A DNA stretch of 64,000 nucleotides from the human T2T-CHM13v2.0 reference genome, Homo sapiens. The number at the start of each line of letters is the position of its first letter. The first letter of the stretch is position 1. Positions 53,551 through 64,000 of the stretch are shown here, in pieces. The notes under the pieces were generated by a model. It searched no databases. It had not been told where the DNA came from and saw only the letters and a program-made list of their open reading frames with translations. The position numbers and the translations under genes were made by a program. The stretch lies in assembly GCF_009914755.1 (NCBI RefSeq), contig NC_060942.1; one strand, written 5' to 3'.

Positions 53551-54478
53551 CTGAAGAGCCTGGTGTGTCCCGGGCACTGAACTGTACATTTGAATAAAGG
53601 AGGAATTGGTCGGAGTCCCCCGCTTTGACCTCACATTTCATAATGTCAATCCTGCCACGTGCATTACAGCCTAGCCCTCGGCGACTTGCTGTTGGCGGAC
53701 TGGCGTACAGGGAGGTGTCACTCTTAGTCACCTGCCCTAGGGCTCAGCTCAGATGTTAGCAGATCCCTCGGCGAGCCTTTCCATGGCCTCCCTCCTGTTT
53801 TCCACGCACCATTCTCTGTGTGGTTGCCTGTGTCTCCTGGCCAACTGAGCTGTGGTTTGAGGTTCATCTTCCGTGCCAGCTTTATCTGTGTTACTCTCTC
53901 CTTCTCCACAGTCACTTAAATATTAATACAGACACACCCAGAAAGACCTGGAAAATTCACCTAGCTCAAGCAAGCGTGGCTTTTTCCTTGGCTACTTCAT
54001 TTTGTAATGCCTTACAACAGCGTTGTGAAAGAGGGGATAGATTGTTTCTTCAAATATGAAAAAACAGAATTGTCTTGAAGCAGCCCAAGATTATAGGGGT
54101 GTCCTCCCACAGGGCTGGCCCATGTCAGATCATAGGGGTGTCTTCCGACAGGGCGGGCCCACACTCAGATCACAAGGGAGTCCTTCAACAGGGCTGGCCC
54201 GGACTCTGCAGCTCTGCTGACTCCTGTGACACCTATGGCCTGTCAGAGCCGAGCTCTCCTGAAGCACTTGTGAGAGCCTGGGCTGGTGCTGGGGGCTCTT
54301 CCTGCCCCTGTGTCTGAGACCATAGGACCTGTCCCCATCGACGGAGCTGAAGCTTTACAAGTTCTGCAGAGAGAATTTCGGTCTTTGTAACATTTAGGCT
54401 GAGTTCTAAAACTCACTTTTGGAGTCTGATTTCCAGCGTCCGCCATGTTTGAAAAGGCCCCGTGTGCTTTTCTCTCAG

Positions 54479-54634
54479 GAGGGTAAACAGGCCTCGCTGG
54501 CGGCCGACTTCTCCATCACGCAGTTCCGGCACATAGGCAGGCTGCTCATGGTGCACGGGCGGAACAGCTACAAGAGGTCGGCGGCACTCGGCCAGTTCGT
54601 CATGCACAGGGGCCTTATCATCTCCACCATGCAG
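54479..54634 (+). CDS. ATP9B: ATP9B coding exon ([16 protein letters not shown]...[10 protein letters not shown]...ISTMQ)
   Basis: ttttctctcag acceptor, CAG|gtacta donor; 156 nt; EGxQA, DFSI and HGR motifs. Confidence 0.96.
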
Positions 54635-54840
54635 GTACTAAGTCTTCTGTGCTGGCACCCATGGAGGGCAGGGTCCAGGAAGGGCAGGGTCCGGGAAGGG
54701 CAGGGTCCGGGAGTGGGGGTGCTGAGTGCTGCCGGAAGTACCTGGGCTGTGCTTAGGAGTTAGCGAGGCCCCTGAGAGGCTTGGGGCCACAGGTGCTCGT
54801 GGAACTGACAGTTGTCTTCGTCTGTGGGCTCTCTCTCCAG

Positions 54841-54905
54841 GCTGTGTTTTCCTCAGTCTTCTACTTCGCATCCGTCCCTTTGTATCAGGGCTTCCTCATG
54901 GTGGG
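54841..54905 (+). CDS. ATP9B: ATP9B coding exon ([22 protein letters not shown]), membrane segment region
   Basis: ctctctctccag acceptor, GG|gtaagt donor; 65 nt; hydrophobic in-frame continuation. Confidence 0.93.
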
Positions 54906-55381
54906 GTAAGTTACACTCAGAACCTGCCAGCTCATCCAGGGGAGGACTTCTATTTTGGAAAAAAAAAAAAAAACAAAAAACGTATATAGAAGATTCTTGA
55001 TACAGTCATCATTTAGAATGAATAATACTGATGTAAAAACAACATTTTACTTGGGTGAACTTCAAGACAGCACCTGCACACTTGTTCCTCCTGGGATTTT
55101 CTTATTAGATTTTGTTTTCAAGTGGAAGCCATAGTTTGTGTCAGGAACTGTGTTGGATCTGAGATTTTTAAAGGGTCCCGTGGCAGAAGGCGGAGGGGCA
55201 GAGTGGCCACTGACAGGCCCTCCCGGCTCTCTGCAGGCTGCCCTCCCCTGGCTGGGGCTTCATCCTGTTGTGCGGCGTGGCCAGCAGCAAAGAGAGAACA
55301 GGAAGTGCAGGGACATGGTGTGGCATGCTTCGAAGCAAACACTGTTGGTCTCTCCTGGGCAGGAATGGAATCTCATTTTCA

Positions 55382-55695
<314 letters not shown>

Positions 55696-57415
55696 AAGAT
55701 AACAGCAGCAGTGTCTTAGAAAAGGACACCAAAAGCGCAGCAGGCATGCGACGTGCATTGAAAGCTGAGCTGATTTTGCTGCTGTATCTGCAAAACAGGA
55801 GCTTCCTGTGAAGAGGGAATAGGTGGGAATTTCTCTTTTCCTCCTCCTCTGTGGTTATGACTAGAAATGAAATCAGTGTGACTGTTGGTGTTGGCAGCAA
55901 ACTAAAAGCAGCCTCTCATCTGCCACTGACCTCCCTGACCTCTGCAAAGCTCATGCCCACCTTAACCAGGTTCCACTCCACAAAGAGTCTCAGAAAATAC
56001 TTGAATAGTAACAGCCACTGGCTTCGATGCTCTTGGCGTTGAACGTGCTTTCATCCTCACCTTGTCCCCACTTCATGTGTGAGAAAAGTGAGAGACCCAG
56101 AGAGCTCAGGAACTCACCCGTGGGAGGCCCAGCTCAGACCTGAGTTGTCAGGGGCTGGCGCCGGGTGCTGCTCCTCACCGTCACGCAGCCACTGAGCTTA
56201 CCCCAGGTCCACAGAGAAACAGAGTCCTTTCTCCCTGCATAGCTGTTTCTAGTCCGCAGTCTAAACACCGTTTCACTCGACAGCTCCCTGAATCCCAGGA
56301 GTTCCTCACAATTTTAGCAAAATACAGGGAAATATCAGTCTGTGCGTGTGTTAGGTTTTTGTTAAACATGTGAGGTCCTCTTAAGTCACCTTTTTCCTGA
56401 GTTAGAATCACTGAGAGGCGCCCCCGTCATCCTGAGCTGTCCAAGGAGCATGCACAGAGCCGGCACTTGGGTCTCTGCCTTCCTTCCGTCTCCAGTCTTC
56501 AGGTCCTCTCTGTCCTCTGGCCTCCACACATGATGTCCCCTTGGCCTAGACCACTGCCAGATGTCCCCATTGTCCTTGCTTCCCTGGGAGGCCCCGCACC
56601 CCCCCCCCCACCATGCACCTTCACACCCCCAGGCTGCGCAGTTGTATTACCAGTTAGCGTCCTATTCTCCTGCGTGCTCTACAAGGACAAGGCACAAGGT
56701 ATATCGGGTCCTCGTACCTGCTGTGAGTTTGTCAGCGTGAACTTCAGTGCATGCGAATTTCAGAGGAGGGCCAGACTCTGGCGGATTCTAGGCCCCCCAC
56801 CCCAAGCCTCAGGACAGCTGAGCTGTGGGGCTCACAGCTACCAAGACTCCTGGGGCACCTGCTTCGGACTCCACGTCCTTCGCCTGCACATGTTAGCACC
56901 GTTCCTCCCAAGATAGCAGCAGCCTGTCCTGTGGTCTTAAAAATCACTTTGAATAAAGTAGGTAAGAGCCTAGGGAAACCTTCGCAGGTGTCTTCAGGCT
57001 TCTCTCACCCCTAGCCCTTCATCTTGGCACAAGTGCCTCTGTTTTAGGCCCCTGCCTGCTGTAATCACTCAGGGAATAACCCCCATGATCGTAAGCATTG
57101 CAGACTCTCTTTCTGTGGCCCACAAGGAAAGCGCCGTCATCGGCCCTGGGCTCTCCTGGCCGCTGAGGCTCCCTCAGCCCCAGTATGAGGTAGCACAGGA
57201 CAGCACTGTGCGTCCATGGTGTCAACTTGAACCTTATTTCATGTCTCTACGTGACCAAAGAATGTCCCAGCAACCTACCAACTCATAGCCCATACAGTTG
57301 ATGGAAATGGTGGTAGGATTTGTGCTAATATTCTCAGCTTTCCGTGAATTCCAGTAGTGTTTCCTATAGTACTTCAAACAAAGGTGAAAAATCCTAAAGG
57401 TACAATAAGTGCTAA

Positions 57416-57773
<358 letters not shown>

Positions 57774-59271
57774 TAGTTACTTTTAAATAGTACAGAATTT
57801 GCACAGTAATACTGATTGCATCTTGAGTTTGAACAGTGTGTTTCTTCCTTGGAAGTCATAGAAAAGCATAACCCTTCTCACCTTCTTTCATATTTTAAAA
57901 ATCATGGATTTGAAACATGAAAAGGAAAATGTGGGGGACCATGGAGATTATTCTTTAAAGAACTACTGCTTGGGTTAGTGAGGCCTGTGCCTGCCTCACA
58001 GCCCGAGTGCTCTGCAGCGTCCCCAGCTCCTGTTCCTACAGCTCTTCTTTATAATGGGCTTCATGTAAAGTAACTCTGAGTGTCCGTCACAAAAGAAACG
58101 TCTGTGACTTTCTTAAGCACTCATACTCTGAATTGGGTTAGGTGGGAGCTTTGGAGGGGCGATGCCTTTAGTTAAGCTTCTTTGAAAATAAATAATGAGT
58201 TTGCCTTCACCTAGGAAATAAATACCAAGAATTGAACAAAAACCAACATGATGTTTTTACAAAATAACATCTAACTAGAACAAAATCATGTCTATGATAA
58301 ACTGGCTCTAGAACCTAGAGGACAGTTGATAGAATTTAATTCCACAAATATGGTTTTCATCTGCATTCATTTCATCAGCTCTGGAGGGAACTGTTGGCCC
58401 AGGTGACTTTCCTGAAGCAAGAGGCCCCAAGAGCAGGAAGGACTAGGCATACTCAGTGCACAGCAGGGAAACCCAGGGAGGGACCAGGGACCATGGGGGC
58501 CGCAAAGGTGGTGATGGGGAAGCCTAGGGGGATGGGGGATGGGGCAGCAGGAGGGGCTGGGAGAGACAGGACAGCCTGGGGAGGTTCCTGTGACCCCCAA
58601 GCCCACTCTGCCCTTGCCCCCCAAGCAGGCCTGGGGAATGCCATGCCCTCCCCGAGAAAGAGAGCTCCTAGGCCAAGTCCTCATGGGGAACCTCTGTAGG
58701 GTGCAGCATTGTGCACTTTGGCAAGTTGGAGGCTCTGAGAGAGACTTCTGATCTCATGAGCCCACAACTCATGTTCCACGAAAATGCTTTGGGAAAAGCT
58801 AGTCTGAACTGGCCAGAGGTGTCTGTCTCCCCAGAGATTCTGGCAGCTGCCGGCGAGGACCTCACACACAGCGCCACATCATAGCAGCCATTCCTGGGTG
58901 TGGGTCTTCTTTTACCCTTGCTAGTGACTCAGATGGATAGCCTGTGAGTGCTCTCGTTAAAGTCAGATTGAACCTTAATTGAGCACCAAGAAGGTGCATG
59001 ACATTCCGAGAGAGAGCTCTGGGCAGGAGGAGCACAGGCAGGTCCCTCGGGGAGCCGTGTCCAGACCTGCAGGAACGGGAGGCTCTGTGGGTTTATCAGA
59101 GAGGGTCTTGAGAACTTCTGCTTCCAGCCGTGATAAACAGATTTATCTTCCAAGCCTAATTAAATGCAAAACACAAGAAAACACGTGAAACAAATGTTTT
59201 CAGACATTGGATAAGAAGCTGGGGACAGGGATGCCTCAGAGAAGAGAAACAACTCTCCCACATCTAGAATG

Positions 59272-59370
59272 AACAGCCAGACGGCCTCAAAACCTCTGTT
59301 TCAACAGCCACATGGCCTCGAAACCTCTGTGTTTCAACAGCCAGAGGGCCTCGAAACCTCTGTGTTTCAA
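59272..59370. repeat. About 32-bp tandem repeat, 3 copies
   Basis: aacagcca...ggcctc.aaacctctg(tg)tttc. Confidence 0.85.
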
Positions 59371-59499
59371 GAGTCCTTGTACCTGCTGTGAAGTTTGTCA
59401 GAGTAAACTTCAGTGTGTGCAAATCTCAGAGGAGGGCCAGGCTCTGGTGGGTTCTAGGGCCCCCCAACCTGTGCCCAGATTGGCACAGACTTCCTAAGC

Positions 59500-60490
59500 A
59501 TGAACATCGTGATGCATGGAGAATAAACTGACATGATGGACTTCATAAAAATTAAGTTTTTGCTCTTCTAAACATAGTACTAATCAAGTAAAAAGGCAGA
59601 CAAGAGTAAAATACTTTCAGTACATATCTTCAACTCAACGATCAGACAGACAACTCAGTTTTGTTTTTAAGATGAAAGATTTGAACATTCATCACAAAAG
59701 AAGACATAAGAATGGTCAGTAAGCACAAGAAAATGTATTTAACATCATTAGTTACCAGGAAAGATAAATTTAAGCCACAGAGAGAGTTAAGGCTCTGCTA
59801 CCACGGAGGCCAGGCCGAAAGGCCAAGTGGCGTTTTGGCAGGCGGGCAGCAGGGTGGCACTGCTGGCGAGAGTGCAGATGGTCCAGCCACTCCAGAAAGC
59901 AGGCTGGCAGTTTTTATGAAATTAAAAATTTGCTGCCCCATGCCCCAGCAACCTCCCTCCTCAGTGTTCACCCAGGAAAAAGGAAAACACTCATGCTTCC
60001 ACGCAAACCGACACAGGGACTCTCACCGCTTCAGCTGTGATCTCCACAGACTGGGAGCTTCCACGCAGACCAGCAGCAGGACTCTCACCGCTTCAGCTGT
60101 GATCTCCACAGACTGGGAAAACACCAACGGCCATCCACCAGGGGGTGGAAGAGCTGCACTGTGTCCATAGTGTGAGACGCTGGCCTGCAGCACAGAGAAA
60201 GCAGAGGACACGCTCGGCAAGGTGGGCGAGTCCTGACACCGCTGGCCCGAAGAGACCCACTCGCAGAGAGCGGAGACCACCCAGAGAGAATAGCCAGGTG
60301 TTAGCCTGCGGGGAACAGCCATTTATGTGAGACTCAACGGCAGCGAGGGAGGCAGGGGTCTCCCACCTGGCGCATCACAGGCCTCGTCCTTGGGGGTGAC
60401 GGAGATGCTCCGTGTCATGGTCACACGGCGGTTCCATGACACTTGTCAAAATTCATCACATGCTGAAAGTTATACCTCAAGAAAGTAGGT
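59500..60490 (+). mobile_element. Old L1M(E)-like 3' fragments
   Basis: tggacttcataaaaattaa..ttttgctcttc; aaagatttgaaca..catcacaaaagaagacata; ttgtcaaaattcatc. Confidence 0.55.
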
Positions 60491-60994
60491 TTATGAAAAG
60501 GAGGCAGCAATGGGGTTTTTGTTGTTAAAGGTTGAAGAGATAGGGAGGGGTTGTTCAAAGAAAGTTAACAAAAGTAATTAAAGATTTCGAGGGAAGTACA
60601 ACAGTGTTGTACAAGTTTAACGTAATAAAGAAATTAAAGATTGAATTTCTGGATAGAGTTCTCTAAGCATGTAGATATTTAGTGCCCAGCAGTAACTCAT
60701 CAAGAAAACAGAATGATGTGAAATAGACTAAAAGTACCTTAGAAGAAAATGTTTCATATAGAACCTACAATAGTTTTAAAAATAGAACGGTCTGCATTTA
60801 GTGACCGTGGAATCTCAGTCATATTAAAACAGAATATAGCCTTTAGGTATCCGCATGTTTCAAGGCTAAAATATAACGTGGTGTCATGGGTGTTTCTGGT
60901 TCTCTGCCACGGGGTAACTTTCCCAACTTGAGATAACTATGAGAGTGTGTTCTCATAGGTGACAATGTCATTTAACAACAACAAAAAAAACCCC

Positions 60995-61299
60995 AGCCAA
61001 GTGCAGTGGCTCATGCCTGTAATCCCAGCACTTTGGGAGGCCGAGTTGGGAAGATTTCTTGAGACTAGGAGTGTGAGACCAGCCTGGGAAACATGGTGAG
61101 ACCCTATCTCTACAGGAGAACATTAGCTGGGCATGGTGGTACACACCCGCGGTCCTAGCTACTCAGGAGGCTGAGGTGAGAGGATCAGCTGAGCCCAGGA
61201 GGTCAAGGCTGCAGTGAGTCATGATTGCACCATTGTACTCCAGCCTGGGCCACAGAGTGAGACCGTGTCTCAAAAAAAAAAAAAAAAAAAAAAAAAAAA
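60995..61299 (+). mobile_element. Alu (AluJ-like) with a long pure A tail
   Basis: Dimer with gagcccaggaggtcaaggctgcagtgag; flanks aaaaaaaacccc / aaaaaaaaccc. Confidence 0.93.
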
Positions 61300-61899
61300 C
61301 CCAGCCCCACTTCCGGCCCAGCTCCACTTCCAGGACGGTGGGAGGTGAGGTAGATGGGTTCCTCCCTGCTCCTTCTGCTAAGTTCAGCTGGAAACAGAAG
61401 GCTCTGAGTGGAGAGCGAGGTGAACAGAGGGGGCAAGGGGCGAGGCGGCAGGAGCTCCCCGGGTTTTCCAGCAGCTGGAGCTGAAGGAGCCGGCAGCCTG
61501 GAAACGCCCATGGGTGCAGAAATTTAAAATTTGAAAGTCCCAGCGAGGTCCCAGCCTCTCCAACCGTGGGTCCACGAAAGGGGCACCAGGAAGACAGATG
61601 GCTTTCAGATGATCGTCACTCTACTCCAGCCAGACGCCAGGGAAGGGCTGTGCCCACCTCCCCCTCCCCAAAAAGGCAAGTGGAGAGCTGAAAGTGCCAC
61701 TTCACGAGATGCAGCGATGCACCCGGCATCTGCAGGGTGATGGAATGGGAGGAGGCAGGACTGCATCCCCAGTGAAGGGGTAATGAGCCCCTCAGTGTCG
61801 GCAGAGGCCGCATGGGGAGCCTTAACCCCTGCCCCTGCACAGCAGCAAAAACAGCGCCCTCCTTTCCCCACCAGAGCAGGGTCAGCACCCTTCAGAAAA

Positions 61900-63490
61900 T
61901 TCAGTCTTTACCCGGAATGTCAGGGGTTTCCATCAGAGTCCCTTGCCATACCAAGAACCAGGAAGATTTCAAGGTGAATGGAAAAAAGACAGTCAATAGA
62001 AGCCAGCCCTGAGATGGCAGAGATGCTAGAATTCTCTGACAAAGACTGGGAAACAGTCATTACCAACATACTGGGAGCAAATGGCAAAATAGAACAGCCC
62101 AGCAGACAAGATACAGAGCAGAACCAAATGGAAATCTTAGAGATGAGAAATAACCCAGACAAAAAAAAATGCCGTGACTGGGCTCAGCAGCAAAATAGAA
62201 GGGACAGAGGGAGGACACAGTGAACTGGAAGACAGAAAAACAGAAAGTCCTCAATCTGAACAAGAGAGAAAACTGACTGAAAAAAAATGGATCAGAGCCT
62301 CAGGGACAGCAAGATGGTAATTCTACCGTTTGTGCCGTGGGAGCCCCGGCCGCTGTACCGTTTGTGCCGTGGGAGTTCCAGGGGAGAAGAGACAGGGCAG
62401 GGCTAGGAACTTACTTGAAGGAATAAAGGTGAAAACCTCCCAGATTTGGCAAAAGACATAAATGTATAGATTCAAGAAGGTAAGCAAACCCTGAACAGGA
62501 CAGTCAAATTCACACCAAGATAATCATAATCAAACTGATGAAAACCAGAGACAAACCCATTGAAAGCAGCCAGTGAGGAGACGGGGTACGTTGGGGATGA
62601 CTGGAAACCCTGCAGGCAGAGGGACTCAAGTGCCGGAGAAAGGCCTCATGGGCGCGGCACACTGCAGCCAGTGACGGCCGCTTCCGGAAAGGAAAGGGGG
62701 TGTTGGCAAGACTCGTGTCCAGCAGTGCTTAAAGATTCTCCAAGCTCAGCCATGAAGGGGCAGTCCAGTTAGGAAAAGGACAGAAGGCGCAGAGACGGCC
62801 ACCCTGTGTGTGAGGGGACGCACAGACCACAAGCAAGCCGGTGAAATGATGCGCGCATCGTCAGCCACAGAGACCAGGTTAGACCACAGGATGCTCCGCC
62901 TCACGCCTGCCAGAATTGTGAGGAAGAGTCACAGAAACTGGATAGCTCTTACATTGCTGTAGGAGTGTAAATCCTACCATCTGGAAGATGTCCTAGCACT
63001 CATGCTCCTGAGCGTTTATACCCTCTCACTCGGCACTCGTTTCCAAACCTAGCACTCACGCTCCTGGGCGTTTATACCATCTCACTCGGCACTCCTGTCC
63101 AAAATAAATGGAAACTTCACCAAAAAACCTGTGCAGTGAATATTTACAGCAGTTTTATTTGTGATCAAAAACTAGGACCAACCCAGATGTAACTTCAGTG
63201 GTTAAGCACACTGTGGTTCATTTGCCTGCCACAAAATAGTAGTCAGCAATAGAAAGAAATAAGCTACTGACACAGCAGCAACCTAGATGAATCTCCAGAG
63301 AATTGCGCTGTGTAAAAGACGCCAGTCCCCGAAGTTAACCTGCTGTACAGTTCCATTTGCATAGCATTCCATTTGCATAGCATTCTTGAAATGACCAGAT
63401 TAGAGATGGGGAACGGATTCATGGTGGCCAGGGATTAGGGAGGAGGCAGCAGAGGGAAGTGGTTGCAGCTGCAGAGCAGCCGCAGGAGGG
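61900..63490 (+). mobile_element. Old L1M fragments (5'/ORF1-like, then 3' end)
   Basis: cagagatgctagaattctctgacaaagact; aaaacctcccagatttggcaaaagacataaat...gattcaagaag; gatgaatctccagagaatt; acagttccatttgcatagcattcttgaaatgac. Confidence 0.6.
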
Positions 63491-64000
63491 ACCCTGTGTG
63501 AGGGGTGCTCTGGGTCTGGAGGTGTCTGTGTGAGGGACCCTGTGTGAGGGGTGCTCTGGGTCTGGAGGTGTCCGTGTGAGGGACCCTGTGTGAGGGGTGC
63601 TCTGGGTCTGGAGGTGTCTGTGTGAGGGACCCTGTGTGAGGGGTGCTCTGGGTCTGGAGGTGTCTGTGTGAGGGGTGCCCTGGGTCTGGAGGTGTCCGTG
63701 TGAGGGACCCTGTGTGAGGGGTGCTCTGGGTCTGGAGGTGTCTGTGTGAGGGGTGTCCTGGGTCTGGAGGTGTCCGTGTGAGGGACCCTGTGTGAGGGAT
63801 GCTCTGGGTCTGGAGGTGTCTGTGTGAGGGACCCTGTGTGAGGGGTGCTCTGGGTCTGGAGGTGTCTGTGTGAGGGGTGCCCTGGGTCTGGAGGTGTCCG
63901 TGTGAGGGACCCTGTGTGAGGGGTGCTCTGGGTCTGGAGGTGTCTGTGTGAGGGGTGTCCTGGGTCTGGAGGTGTCCGTGTGAGGGACCCTGTGTGAGGG
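63487..64000. repeat. G-rich VNTR with long (about 46 bp) and short (about 31 bp) unit variants; runs off the window
   Basis: gagggaccctgtgtgaggggtgctctgggtctggaggtgtcygtgt repeated. Confidence 0.95.

Noticed and set aside
52646-53580. Long His/Ser/Ala-rich ORFs after the GDGGND exon
   Set aside because: Low-complexity CA-rich array; a canonical donor at 52688 explains the gene structure

Overview
Primate (human-like) genomic DNA covering the middle of the P4-ATPase flippase gene ATP9B on the + strand. Twelve internal coding exons (1,492 nt) splice through GT-AG introns into one open frame, running from the (DKT)GTLT phosphorylation site through the N and P domains ([48 protein letters not shown]) to the start of the C-terminal membrane segments. 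Neither the start nor the stop codon is in the window. The introns hold about a dozen Alus, old L1M fragments, a MaLR LTR, Tigger/MER DNA transposons and an unusually dense set of minisatellites, as expected for a subtelomeric locus (human 18q23 from recollection). The most notable pattern is that three exon junctions are themselves units of tandem repeats, creating decoy or alternative splice sites, one of them in frame (+26 aa). Other observations are a rare GAG acceptor that rebuilds a donor after splicing, a 53-nt intronic hairpin, VNTRs carrying the PRDM9 13-mer or ETS motif arrays, and VNTRs born from old L1 3' UTRs. No prokaryotic system or CRISPR array is present. Repeat boundaries, family names and copy numbers are manual estimates.
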